A stretch of DNA of 64,000 nt from Lama glama (GCA_028534125.1 CM052818.1:1118001-1182000); one strand, 5' to 3'. Numbered from the stretch's first letter, positions 1 to 12,069 are shown. Numbers and translations are program-made. Notes: generated from the letters alone by a model not told the origin.

Positions 1-75
1 GTCACATCCGGCAGCATCCAGCCTGTGGCCCCGGCCCCCCAGGTGGGCCAGACTGTGGATGCCAAGAGGCTGAAG
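1..75 (+). CDS. RAB11FIP5: RAB11 family-interacting protein 5, penultimate coding exon (5' part outside window)
   Basis: Frame 1 reads VTSGSIQPVAPAPQVGQTVDAKRLK, like the RAB11FIP5 segment before the Rab11-binding domain. Ends at AAG|GTGAG donor (GT at 76-77), phase 0, in frame with the exon at 309. Confidence 0.88.
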
Positions 76-308
76 GTGAGGCCCAGCAGGGTGCCAAGGG
101 CGTCAGACCAGAAGTGTGGTGCTGGGAAAGAGAGGTCAGGAGCAGTGTGCCGGTGGGGTGGGCCAGCCAGCAGGCTGTTGAGGCCATTTCAGCTGTCTCT
201 AGCACCGGGGACGGAGGCAGCTCCAAGGGCCTGTGTGGGGAAGTTGGGGTGCTGGTGGGCGGGTCGGCCTGAGGCTGCCCTGCTCACTGTCACTCTGTCT
301 GGCCTCAG

Positions 309-512
309 GACTCAGGGGTGCAGGACCAGTCGGCCAGATACTACCACCTGACGCACGACGAGCTCATCGGCCTGCTCCTGCAGCGGGAGCGGGAGCTGAG
401 CCAGCGGGACGAGCACGTGCAGGAGCTGGAGAGCTACATCGACCGGCTGCTGGTGCGGATCATGGAGACCTCACCCACACTGCTGCAGATCCCCCCCGGT
501 ACCCCCAAGTAG
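309..512 (+). CDS. RAB11FIP5: RAB11FIP5 last coding exon: C-terminal FIP Rab11-binding domain
   Basis: Pyrimidine tract plus CTCAG acceptor ending at 308. Translates DSGVQDQSARYYHLTHDELIGLLLQRERELSQRDEHVQELESYIDRLLVRIMETSPTLLQIPPGTPK-stop (TAG 510-512), with the FIP-RBD YID.LL..IME..P.LL motif. Confidence 0.96.
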   Translation, partial: DSGVQDQSARYYHLTHDELIGLLLQRERELSQRDEHVQELESYIDRLLVRIMETSPTLLQIPPGTPK

Positions 513-2555
513 TCCCCTTCACTCCCATTCCCGGAAGGGGTGGCCTAGCCCCACTCCCCAACAGGGCTCACGCCATCCCTCCCTCCCGCTGAACTCACTC
601 TCACCCGGGTCTGGGTGCAGCCTGTCCTCCGTTGTCACCCCCCCTCCCCCTCTCTCCTGCCTCAGCTGGGCTGCTGGAAGTGGGCCCTTTGGACTCCCAT
701 TGGCAGCATCAAGTTCTGAGTACAATTTGTGTGTCTTTTGGAGCCCTGGGTCTTTCCCACCTGCCTATTTTCATACCCCTTAGCTTTGGGGGCTCCAGGG
801 GATTGGAACAAAGAATTTAGCCCGCAAGATGGAGCAGGGGTGAGCTGCAATTCGATGTGGTGTCTGGGACATACTTTACGACCCCCAGTTTTCCCATGGC
901 TGAACCCTTGTCCTCTCCATCTCCCTCCAGCCTCTGGAGTGCTCCTAGTAACTGGGGCTGTGGCAGGGACCAAGCTGCTCAGTTGTCTGTGAGTTTTGGG
1001 CAACCAGGGCACCTGCTTTTCAGCCTCGTGTCTGTTCCTTCCCCCAGGAGCAGGGAGTCTGCGTGGTCTAGTCTCGTCTCTGCCGTGTCCTGACTCTGCT
1101 TGTTTTTCAGCTGTTTGCGGTGCGAGTGTGGGGTGGGAGGAGGGAGGTGTTGTGTGTGCTCCAGGCCACTCCCCGCCATCCTCTTCTGACTTTTGCATTG
1201 AGTGTCGTGTGTGAACGTGTGGAGAGCTGGGACAGGTTGGCAGGAAGTGGTCCTTCACCCACCTCCAAGGGGTGGGCGCCTCTGGGCTTTGGACTGCTTA
1301 TGTTTGGGGACCAAACCTCCAACTCTGTTCTGGTTGCCTGTCCAGATGCCAAAACTCTGTGCTGCTGCCGGGTTTGAACTTTTGGAAACCGATTAAAATG
1401 TGCCTTTTGTGGGTGGGGTCAAAAGCCTCTGGATGTAGACCTCTCCCTCTCTGTGGTGTCCCCCTTCCCTCCTGTTGAGCACATGGGGTTGGATCTGTTC
1501 GGGTCCTGGGAATAAGAAAGGAGGATGGGGGCAGCCCCGCCACATGCTCTGCCCCTCCCTTAGAATTCATTTCTGCTAAGGTTCTGACCAAGCTGCTGCT
1601 GCTCCCTCACCCTCCCTGCCATCTTCTCCTCCTCCCTCAGCCCCAACTGACGAGTGTCCTCAGATAAAAACTACAGTCTGGAAGTGGGGGGAGGGTCCCC
1701 ACTCTGCCTACACTTAGCAAAAAGCCTTTGTTGCCCTCCCATCGATCCACTAGGTGCTGACCAGCCTGCCCCTTCTGCCCCATTGCCTTGCCTGGCTTGG
1801 CTACAGTGCACTTTGAAACAAAGTGCCTGTCCTTTGGCCCAGCCCCTGGTTTGCTTGCAGAAAACATGGCAGGCTTCCCTGTGGCTTCTGCAGGGAACCT
1901 TTGGTGGCTGGGGGCACTCTGCCTCAGCAAAAGTTGTTGGGGGGAGGAGGTGCCGAAGGAGGGTACCTTTGGCCCAATGAGGTGAGAGCTTCCGTGAGAT
2001 CCCCTCTTCATGAGATGGCCTGTGGGATCACTTGGAAAGCCTTGGAAGGGGATGTGTTCTGTGGGTGATGTCTTCCTTCTAACAGCAGGAAGCAGAGGAG
2101 CCCCACACATTGGGAAAAGCCCCTGTCATGTCATCTACCTTAAGAACCACTTGTCAAAGCTGAGGAGTGTCCACAGGTGCTCAAGACTGTGGCCATGTTT
2201 TAGGGGTCACTGGGGGTTGGATGGATGTCTCTTCACTCCTCCACTAGGTGTTCCTTTGGACTCTATTCAGTCCCGGTCCTGACCCTGGTCTTCCACTCAC
2301 CCTTGATTATGGGGCTCCAAAATGCCCAGAGCAGGGGGATGTCTTCAGAAGAGATCTGAGCTGAAGCCCAGGGTTCTTGTTGGCTGTTTCGGCTCCGAGC
2401 CACAACTTGGTGGAGAGCTGCACGTGGGGTGGGCAGGGAGCAGGCACAGTTCTGCTTTTGCTGTTTGTCTTCGTAGTTGTAACTCCTGTTTATAAAGAGC
2501 TTGTTCTTCATGTTTTGAGCACTTTATGAAGAATAAAAAATTAACATACTGCAGG
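513..2555 (+). other. RAB11FIP5: RAB11FIP5 3' UTR (~2 kb; end approximate)
   Basis: Sequence without recognisable interspersed repeats from the stop codon to the first AATAAA that has a downstream GU-rich element. Confidence 0.75.
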
Positions 2556-2578
2556 TGGCTCTGTTGTGTTACTGTTTT
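2532..2578 (+). terminator. Polyadenylation signal of RAB11FIP5
   Basis: AATAAA at 2532-2537, U-rich/TGTA sequence upstream, GU-rich CTGTTGTGTTACTGTTTT at 2561-2578. Confidence 0.75.
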
Positions 2579-3679
2579 GATAAGCATATGAAGGAGGCTT
2601 CCTGGGAGAGAAGGCAGCCTTAAATCGAGATGATGGTGCATGACTGAAACATGCTGTATACCAGAAATTGACACAACTCCTCCAGCTAGGAAAAGTCCAT
2701 TTCTTGTGGTTCAGCATGGATGAGGTACTGACTGCTACAGATCGTACAGTGTTCAGAAGGCATGGACATGGGCAAACATGAGCTAACCCTGCACTTCGCC
2801 ATCAGCCTAAGGAGACCCTAAGGATGGGGGTTCTCTAGAGTCAAAATCAAACATTTCTGCTGTCTTCCTGGGCAAAACAGGCAGCTTTCCCTTTTATCCT
2901 TCCTCCAGTCTGGCTCGCCGACCAGATAATTAAGCTGGGAATCTGCTGCTCTGTTTTGCATCTGTGTGTTTATTGTCCCTGCTGGTGCCTTGCTCTACAA
3001 TCTGCAGTACTCCCCTTTACCCGAAGTCCTTGTAGCTGGTACTTGTTAAGCATTTCTGAACCTCGCCTCCCAGTTCTCTTTCTACACAGGAATTGGGCCC
3101 AGGAGAAATTTCTGATTGGCCAGGGGTAGTGGAGGGCTCTTAACCCCCTGCTGTTTAACTCCAGGGGCAATAAATATTTGAGTCCCTGCTGTCAGTCTTC
3201 TCCTGGATAGCAGTGAATCAAAAAGTCACGACTCCTGCCCTGTGGACCTCACAGTAGGAAAGACAAATACTCAAAACCATAGATAATTAAAAATGCATGG
3301 GCTGCAAAAGGAACGTGCTGGCTGCTGTAGGAGCAGGTAGTGAATTTTGCAGAAGCAGGGCAAGGATTGGAAAATGTAGTGTTTAGGCTGAGGCCAGAAA
3401 GAGCCAGCGTCAGGCAGATAAAAAGTTACGGTCTTATGGGCGGGGAATGTTCAAGGGTCAGTGGTGGCGAGAGCCCCACATGCTCCAGGAACTGTCAGAG
3501 TGGCTGGAGAGAGCAGGGCGATGGGCAGGGTGGCAACAGAGGAACCCGCGTGAAGATTCTGCAGTGTAATTCCTTGTAGAAAGCTTTCCAAGGTAACCCT
3601 TCTCCGTCTGGAGTCCTTGCCCATCTGGTCCAAGGGTTGGACCCACTTCAGTAGGGCTCTTTTTCTGGACAGCAGCTCC

Positions 3680-5240
3680 AGGAGCGACGCCCACCGCAGC
3701 AAATCAAACTTCTAAGGGCAGGTAACCAGCGAGGCGTCGCCCAGTGGCCCTGCCTGCATCGAGACTTTAGCGTCGTACAAGCACGCTGTTCCCCGACTGA
3801 CTGCCGGCGCCTGCTAAACTAGCGGCGAGAACAGAGATCCGGCCTCAGAGTGCAACTCTCCGCAGTCTAGGGTTGTCGAGCTCCATGACGAGAAAACTAC
3901 ACTCCCCACAACCCATTGCGCCTCCAGCTCGCTGCGGTTGCTTATGGCCAATCCGGAGAGGCAGCTGTGGCGGGGGCCGAGGAGGGACGTTTTAAAAGGG
4001 CCGGAGATTGCGGGCGTCAGTGGCCATGGCGGATACAGCGACTACAGCATCGGTGGCGGCGGCTGGTGCCGCTAACGCCTCGACCGATGCACCGTCCTTC
4101 CAGCTGGGCAAACCCCGCTTCCAGCAGGTGAGGACCGGGCTGCGGTTTGAGGGTTTGCGGGTGGCATAGGGAGGACAAGCAAACTCCTCTCCAAAATCCT
4201 CTTTAGCCCTAGGATCTCCATCGCGCCGCCACCGGGAAGCCTGCAGCTACTGCCTGGGGGAACCTCGGCCACAGCCGCCTCTTTCCCATTGGTCAGCGGG
4301 GTGGGCGAGGATTCCCACCTTGGTTCCCTATTGGCCGTGGGCACCGCCACTCCCCAGCTGACCGCGCCCTCCAGCCTTTCCCGCCTGAGGCACTGTGTGA
4401 TTGGCCACTGCCCACCGCGGCCCGGGATTCGGGTACCACGGTCCGAGCGGCTTCTGCAGGGTCGCTTGGGCAGTGCAGCCGCCCACTCCAGGCGGAAAGT
4501 TCGAGTCCGGCCCTGGATGAGAGTTGGCGTGGCCGAGATGCTTTCTAACTTTTCTCTGGATGGCGACTTTCTGAGCTGCCGGCGGAGCCACCTTTGGGCA
4601 GCATCCGTGCCCCGCGTTCCCGCTCCCATCCCTCCACTCTAAGCCAGCTCCGCGGTGCGCGATGGGTTAGGGCCAAGAGCCGAGGGGTGCCCGCCTCCCG
4701 GCTACCTCTGCCCCCTCCGGCAGGGGATTCGCTGACGCAGCGAGTCGGCCGGCTGGTGTCCTGCCGGAGATTGAGCGAGGACGTGCGGGGAGAGCTGGGG
4801 TGCGGAGGAAACGCTGTGTCATCCCCGGGGACCGCGGGCCGCTCGGAGGTTCCACATCCCCAGGAGCCCGCTCCAGCCCCCCACCTCCGCTGCGACCTCC
4901 ACGGAGGGTCTCCCTCACCTGGGCGCTGGCGCCGTCGAATGCTTGGCTCTGTCGGACCTGGTATGAATTCCGGGCACGGTGACAGTGGTCTTTTTCCTTC
5001 GGGACCCCCGACAGGGCGTCGCTAACTCGCCCTCAGCCAAGGAGACAGAGATCGAACCTGCAGCCCAGAAGTGCGGTTGGGGTTGCAGGCTGGGAGGGGC
5101 CGTTTCCACGCCGCGGGCAGCCGCCTACCCTGGTCCCCTGCTGCCTCCAGCGCTGAGGAAATGGACTTTGTTTGGAAAGGGGGCAAAGAGACTTGGCCGA
5201 AGCGAACCAGGCTTGCCTGGGATAGGGAGCAGCCGAGGCG
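3680..5240. promoter_or_regulatory. CpG island / SFXN5 promoter spanning exon 1 and the start of intron 1
   Basis: Visibly dense CpG and high GC compared with flanks. ZNF143-like ACTACACTCCCCA at 3896-3908, CCAAT at 3948-3952 overlapping an RFX-like GTTGCTTATGG, GC boxes, strong Kozak GCCATGG at 4023-4029. Confidence 0.85.
4026..4127 (+). CDS. SFXN5: Sideroflexin-5 coding exon 1
   Basis: ATG at 4026. [34 protein letters not shown] matches the SFXN5 N-terminus. CAG|GTGAG donor, 102 nt, phase 0. Synteny with RAB11FIP5 as in human. Confidence 0.95.
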
Positions 5241-7885
5241 GACAGAAAGAAGTTTGCAGGAAGAAATGAAATTGTACAAAGGTCGGTGCGGTGGTTGGTT
5301 GGTTGCTTTGATGATGGTGGGACAGGGACTGCTCCAGCAAAGTGGTGCACTGAGCCTTGCTGATAATTAAGGAGCTGCACTCCTGAGTCTTCTGAGAAAA
5401 TGTCCCCACTGGAGCTGTGTGAGGCATCCTGCCAGAGAAGGGTGCCACCTCCTTCCACCTGTCAGGAATGCCTCTGCCTGGGCTTGAGTGACCCTTCATT
5501 AGCAGACCCCCTTCCCTGCCCTTCACACGCATTCCACTCTCCTTCAAGACTCAGGCCTGCCTCCCAAACACTTCCCCCTGTGACTTACCCCTTGGTGGGA
5601 CCAGGTCTCAGACTCTCTCCTGCCTGCCTCTTTGGCTACCTGAAGTGGGATCCTCACAGGTCAGCCTTTACTGCAGTCGGCTGTATGGTCCTCTAACACT
5701 TTTCTGTGTGGTTACTCCAAGTAAAGACCATCTCTTTAACCCCTGTGAACCCCTCAGAGAGAGAGAAGGGTCTGATCTTGCCCTTCCCGTGTCTCCATCT
5801 TACCCTGAGGTGGGGCAAGCCACCGAGTAATGTCCTGAATAAAGATTTGTGGGTTGATTTTTTCCCAGTAGCTGTCCTGGGACACTCCATCACACAATGA
5901 CCTTTGAGAAAATCTGAGTGGCTTTAATGACTGTGCACTTTGCTGTGATCGCCACTCGAGCCATAAATGCACAGCTGAGGCCACTGTGTTTGGGCAGCCA
6001 TTGCTGGCATCTCTTTTTGGCAGCACTTTTGAAGACAGGAAAAGTGTTTGTTACATTTGCTTTTGAAGCATCCCCCCTTCAGCATAGTGACCTGCATAAA
6101 GCATGATATTCATTCATGTCGAGGAACTTCTCTTTCCTCGGAATCTGCTCCTCCCATGTGACTCCCTGGTTGTGCAAGTGGCCCAACCTGCCACCCAGTT
6201 GACTCTCAAGAAACTGGGAGTCACCCGTATACTTGCCTTCCTCTCCTTTACCCTCTAAATACAACCAGAGGCCCAGTGTTCTCATCTCCAACATCTCTCA
6301 GATCCACTCGTCTCCACCTCCGGAATCCTAGACCAAGCCCCCATAAACTGTCTCCTGAGTCACAGCAGAAGCCTCCTGACCTGTCTCCCTGCTTGCCCTC
6401 TGGCCCCTTCCAATCCCTTCCACTTCCGCATGGCGGAGTCCCAACAACGCAGATCTAGCCAGGCAACTCCCCACCCTCTCCAATGCAAACACTCTTTAAC
6501 ACCTTCCAGTGGATTCCCCTGCTTCTGAGATAAAGACCTCTATTTTGAAGGGCCTGCATGGCCCACCCCTGCTAGCCTCTTCTTCCTCCATTGGAACCCC
6601 CACCCAAACCCTTGAACCCTCCTTCCCACCACACTGGCTGCTTTCAGCTCCTTGACCCCTGAGTGATTCATAATCCAGGGCTCATTCCCAGGGCTCCACT
6701 CCAGGGACACCACTCTCAATCCCCAACCAGTATCAGCACTTCCTGCAAGACTGGGCATCCAGGTCTTTCCTTAATGCCTGGAGTCTCCCTAAAACCCGCT
6801 TCCTTTCATTCCTCAAAGATGTTGTGCAGGAGGGGCGCTGAGCAGTGTCAGAGGGTGGAGAAATACAGCCTGCCTTGATGGGCTCTGGTCTGTGGCCATC
6901 TTTCTCCCCATAAGATGATAATGATAGCCAAGCATTGTTCTAACTTTTCTGTGTATTGACTTCTTTCTTTGCATGACAACCCTGTGAGACAGGTACAATG
7001 ATCCCTTATATTATAGCTGAGAACACTGCCACACAAACAAGTCCAGTAACTTCCTGGGCAGCCTGGTTCCGGAGTTCATGTTCATTTGTTTACAGTCAAC
7101 TTTTTTATTATGGAAAATTTCAAACAGACAAAAGTGGAGACAATTGTCAATAAACCCATCACTCAGCTTCAACAATTACCAGTGTAAGGCCAGTCTCATT
7201 TCATCCATATGCCTCCCCCACCCCCAAGCAATAAATTATTTTTAAAACAAAGCCCATTATTTCATTGTACCTGCTAGTAGGTATCTCTAAAACAAATAAA
7301 CACTTTTTGGGTTAGATTTTCTAAATAAACTTTTTAAATTTTGAAATAATTTTGAATGTGTGGAAGTCAGATAGCAGAATTCTGGTATAACCCTCATCCA
7401 CTTTCCCCTAATATTGTCATCTCAGATTACCATGGTACATTTGTCAGAACTAAGACCCCAACGCTGGAACATTCCCATTAACTACACTCCAGACCTTACT
7501 GGGTTTCACTATGCTATACACTAATGTTATTTCTCTGTTCCAGGATCTCATGTTATATTTAGTCATCATGTTTCCTTAGTCTCTCCTCTGATCTATGACA
7601 GTTTCTCAGACTTGCCTTGTTTTTGGTGACCTTGACAATTTTGCAAAGTACTTGTCAAGTATTTTATAGACTGTCCCTCAGTTTGGGTTTGTCTGGCGCC
7701 TTTCTCATGGTTAGGTGGTTATGGGTTTTTGGGGAGGACTACCACAGAGCACTGTGAAGTGCCTTCTTCTTCACATGGTACCAGAGGGTTTCTCATTAGT
7801 TTTAACACAACCACTACCATCACATTAATATATCTAAAATAATTATTTCTTAGTATCACCAAATATCATCCAACCAGTCATTATT

Positions 7886-8252
7886 TGTCTTAGTCGGTTT
7901 GGGCTGCTATAACAAAATACCATGGATTGGGTAGCTTATAAACAACAGAAGTTCACTTTTCACAGTTGTGGAAGCTGGAAGTCCAAGTTCAAGGCAGGGG
8001 CAGTTTCGGTGTGTGATGAGAGCCCGCTTTCTGGTTTGTAGACAGTACCTCCTAGCTGTAACCCGACCTGGCACAAGGGTGGAGGGACCTTTCTGGGCTC
8101 TCTTTCATAAGGGCACTAATCCCAGTCATGGGGGTTCTGCCCTCTTGACCTCGTCACTTCCCAGAGGCCCTTCTTCCTAAAATAGTCACCTTGGGGGTTA
8201 GGATCGCAACATATGACTTAGGGGTGGAGGCACAAGCATTCAGTCCATTGCG
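7886..8252 (-). mobile_element. MaLR solo LTR (MLT1A/MST-like)
   Basis: TGTCTTAGTC..GGGCTGCTATAACAAAATACCAT...ATTCAGTCCATTGC termini. Near 5-bp TSD TTATT (7881-85) / CTATT (8253-57). Confidence 0.8.
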
Positions 8253-8384
8253 CTATTAACATTTCACTGATCGTTATAGCATTTTTAAAATAACTGGTTT
8301 GTTTCACTCAGGATCCCGCAAGTCCCATACATTATATTGGATATAAAAGACATCTCTTTCACCTCTTTTAGTCTATTGGTTCTC

Positions 8385-8425
8385 TTCCGTCCCTCCTTCC
8401 TTCCTTCCTTTCTTTCTCTCTTTCT
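8385..8425. repeat. (TTCC)n/(TTTC)n simple repeat
   Basis: Directly visible. Confidence 0.8.
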
Positions 8426-9161
8426 TAGAAACTGGGTTGTTTGTCCTGTAGAATGTCCCTCATTCTGAATGTGGCTGTTGGCATCTCGGTGGTCGTATTT
8501 AAGATGACCTTCTGTCCTCTGTTGTTCCTGTAAACCTGGAGTCCTTGCTTTTAACCTCTGCCCCTCGTAGCCTAGTGAAGGGAAGATGGCAGGAGTACTG
8601 GAGGAGTTCTGGGACCTGACCGCTTCCTTCCCTCCTCCTTTTCTCTTCCTTTCCTGCGCTCCCTCTTTTCCTCCTTCAAGCCTGCCTCCGGGTTTGGCCA
8701 GTTGGGGCCCCAGGACAGGAAAGAGACACACACGATTCTTCCCACTGTGTTTCAGTCTATCCAGAAATGTTTGCTTGCTTTCTTTATTTTTTGTACTTCC
8801 TTGTTCCTTTGGAAACCAGATTTACCTGCTAAGATGACTGGGGGTATGGGTGTCCTGTGTGCATGCTGGGGTCCAAAATCCAGAGCAGGCAGGTTTTGTA
8901 GGACACCCTCTAGACTCTGGGGAGCCTGTGGGCAGGAAAATGCACTCCTCACTTCAAGGTGGAGAGGTTCATGCGGGCTAAGAGCCAGGAGGCAATGGGG
9001 AAGTTCCTCATATAATTTGCCCGAAATAAGGGCTAAAATGAAAGTGGCTTGCACTTGTAGTTATGTTTTAATCATCTGTGTCCTGTAGGCTAGAGGGTGA
9101 CTGTTTGGCAGGGCTGGTCCTGGAGCTTGTTGGTGCTGTGGGCAGGGTCTACGCCTTCTGG

Positions 9162-9328
9162 TCCAGTGGCTCCCAACCCCTGCTGCGCTTTTATCACCTG
9201 GGCAGGTTTTTAAACAGATGCTGATACCTGGGGCCCTCTCCAGGCCAATAGACTTCAAATCCTTGGAGGTAAAGCCTAGTGTTAAGAATAGTGGGCGATT
9301 CAGCATGCAGCCTGGTTGAGGACTGCTG
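9162..9328. mobile_element. MER5-like hAT-Charlie MITE remnant
   Basis: CAGTGGCTCCCAACC...ATCACCTGGG...ATGCAGCCTGGTTGAGGACTGCTG inverted termini typical of MER5. Confidence 0.55.
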
Positions 9329-9769
9329 AGCTGGTCCAATCTTTCTGCCGTTGGGTTTACAGTTTCAGCAAGTATTTTATTCCTAATCCAGAAGATTCAG
9401 AGGTCTGTGTACAGGCGGGCTGTCCGCTTCTTTGCAGGCCTTTAGGCTCAGCGGCAGCCCCCAAGGCCTGCCCTCCTGCTCTGCTATCCCTGGGCATGGA
9501 GTCTGGAGTCTGGGAGGCAGCCTGCCCTGAGCCCCTGCTGAGAATCAGCTGACTCACCTTTCTTGTGAAGGGAAAGGGAAGAAATTACTTGGCTGTCTTG
9601 TTCTTCCAGAGAAGAAAAAGGGAAGGCAAAACATTCACTGACTGTCTGATGGGGTAAAGGTGGGGGCTGAATTTTGGAGGGAAAAAAGGCCATACGTGTT
9701 AAAATTTCGTTGAGAAAATAAAAGCTAATCAGGCTGAGGAAGCAGAAAGCTTCCCCACCGTGCATCAGA

Positions 9770-10097
9770 CCGGGACAGTGGACACAGGAGGGCAGCTACC
9801 AGGATGCAGCGTTCCTCCCTTGGGCCTGCTCAGTCGTGAGAATCAGATGTCTTAGTTAAAGGTTTTAGCGCTTTTCCAAATCTGGGAGGGTGCGAGAATC
9901 CAGGTTCATAAACAAATTTCTCTTGAATATATTTAAGTCTCCAGAGGCCTGTTCTGCCTATTTCCCCAGAGCACAGAGCGCCTCGTTCCCGATCTCTGCC
10001 CTGAATTCCTTTCCGGGTGTGTTGAGGGCCAACGGCTGCAGTGGCTCATGGGTCAATCCTTGTAGAACCAGGTGGCAAGTGACCTCTTTAGCTGCCA
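9770..10097 (-). mobile_element. ERV1-class solo LTR (MER41-like, laurasiatherian); left boundary uncertain
   Basis: GGCCTGTTCTGCC..CCCAGAGCACAGAG.GCCTC.TTCC.GATCTC..CCCTGAA.TCCTTTC.GGGTGTGTTGA block recalled from artiodactyl ERV LTRs. Confidence 0.5.
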
Positions 10098-11250
10098 GTA
10101 AGAATGAATCATCTCCCTTTTCATCGGTGAATCTATGTCACTTTGACTCGGAGAATCATCCCAAATGCAGAGCTTCAAATAAGGAGTTTCTGGACACCCA
10201 ATGCCACTTTATCTTAACTTTATAGTTTCCAAGAAATAAGACCTTACGTCTACTTCCCAGTCCAGACACGTGGACCCCCTTCCCCAAAGTCCTGCTTTAC
10301 TCTGAGCCTGTTAATGCACCACTTCATTATAATGTTACTCTACCTTTCCCCTCAAATTTTTCCCTTTGACAAAATGCCTCATAGTTCCTTTACTGTGTGG
10401 CCTTCCTCACTGCAGTGAGTCAACCTGACTTTATCCCGGTTGGGGGGCGGTCTGAAGCTGATGGCGTTAGGACATCATCATGTGTGCTTAGCATTTCCAA
10501 CTTACAACCCTATTCTTGAATCTCAGGCATACATTTTTAAATGTCTCTTGAAAAGTCACATCCGGACGGCCCTTTAAGTGTACGTGGCCAATACAGAACT
10601 TTTCTTTCCCCCTCCACTGAGTCAGCGTGCTTCTTGCTTTCCTTATCCTGGTTAATAAGCATTAGCGTCCGACTAGAAATCTAGGCATTACCACGACCGT
10701 GTTCTTCCTCAATCCCCCGGTCCATCAACTTTGTTCTACTGCCAGGACCTAGCACAGCCTTAGACACACAGTAGGTCTGCAGCAGCTATTTGGTGAATGA
10801 ATGAATAAACCGCGGGAGTCTCGTGCAGTTTCTGACCTGAGCTTTCATGTCTTCGAGCTCTTGCTGACGCCCGTCTCTGCTTGGCAAACTCATCCATCCG
10901 CCCATCCCGGCTCCTCTAGGAAGCCTCCTGACTCACTAGGAAGAAGTAACCCGTGTCCCCACTGCACGTCATGATGCCTCAGTTAGCCAGTGGCCCCAGT
11001 GTTCTGTGGTTAACTGTTTACTGTCTGTCTCTCCGGATGATCTCAGCTCCCTGCGGACTTGTTCTTTGTGGTCTTCCCTGAGTCCAGCAGGGGTTTGTAG
11101 ATACCCGTGGAGCGAAACGTTTTACCTAGGACCCTCCCCCAGGGGCACTGGTGGAGAGTGACATGGAGGGCTGGCAGGGCCGGGACAGTATGAAGACCGT
11201 GACAGACCACAGGGCAAGTCAGAGGCTACAAGGTGGTACTGGATCGTCTT

Positions 11251-11417
11251 TTTTTTTTTTTTTTTAAATAATTTTTGTTTGTTTATTTTATTTAATTTAT
11301 TTTCAGGGGATGTAATTAGGCTTATTTATTCATTTGTTTTCGTGGAGGTACTGGGGATTGAACCCAGGACCTCGTGCATGCTAAGCATACACTCTACCCC
11401 TGAGCTATACCCTCCCC
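11251..11417 (-). mobile_element. tRNA-Ala-derived SINE (camelid vic-1-like)
   Basis: Minus strand GGGGAGGGTATAGCTCAGGGGTAGAGTGTATGCTTAGCATGCACGAGGTCCTGGGTTCAATCCCCAGTACCTCC (A and B boxes), AT-rich tail and polyA. 16-bp TSD GGTACTGGATCGTCTT (11235-50) / GGCACTGGATCATCTT (11418-33). Confidence 0.9.
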
Positions 11418-11794
11418 GGCACTGGATCATCTTGAAGAAGCTGCTCCTCCAGTCCTTCCGGGGCCCTGAGCTCTGCCCCTGCTGGTCCTCCCTCTTCCCT
11501 CCTTGGACCTCTAACTGCTGTATTCTTGTCCCGTTCAAATCCTCCCTTCCCTTCGAAGCCCAGCCCAGGCCTTCCCGCTCCAGGCAGCCTCCAGGCCATC
11601 GGTGCTCATCTGCCCACTCGCTCATTCAGCGCCCGGCTGTTTGTGGAGCCTCCTGTAGATGTAACTTGGGACCAGGAGCCAAGGAGGAGATGGAAAGAGC
11701 ATCCGATAGCCCACATCCTTCAAGAGCTTATAATCGAGTAATATGCCAGATTGTATTTTAACTTAAATATGTATTTTTAAAAATTGGAATATTT

Positions 11795-11915
11795 GTTTTG
11801 TTTTGGGGGGTGGTAATTAGGTTTATTTCTTTATTTTTAATGGAGGTACTGGGGCTAGAACCCAGGACCCCATGCATGCTAGGCATGCACTCTCCCACTG
11901 AGCTAAAACCTCCCC
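11795..11915 (-). mobile_element. tRNA-Ala-derived SINE (vic-1-like), more diverged copy
   Basis: Same head and tail as the 11251 copy. Degenerate TSD TGGAATATTT / TAGAATATTC. Confidence 0.85.
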
Positions 11916-12069
11916 TAGAATATTCTTTACGTTACACATAGTGCTGATTTTTTTTTCATTTTAAAAGCAATGTAAAAGATAGGGAAATAAAAATCAACCG
12001 TATGCCTATTACCCAGAGGTAATCTCTGTTAACATTTTAATATACTTTCATCTAGCTTTTTAAAAAGTA

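Larger units (their letters stand above)
7098..8540 (-). mobile_element. Nested ancient L1M (L1MB/L1MC-type) 3'-end fragments, interrupted by the MaLR LTR at 7886
   Basis: Typical L1M 3'-terminal antisense text (ttttttattatggaaaatttcaaac..., taaactttttaaattttgaaataatttt...). Boundaries approximate. Confidence 0.6.

Noticed and set aside
662..1258. 198-aa antisense ORF in the RAB11FIP5 3' UTR
   Set aside because: No recognisable homology; consistent with chance in GC-rich UTR sequence.
4072..5547. Cluster of 100-185 aa ORFs on both strands
   Set aside because: Expected from stop-codon scarcity in a GC-rich CpG island; no recognisable protein similarity.
11343..11415. tRNA-Ala(AGC)-like cloverleaf on the minus strand
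   Set aside because: Followed by an AT-rich tail and polyA and flanked by a TSD, with two related copies in the window. It is a SINE head, not a tRNA gene.
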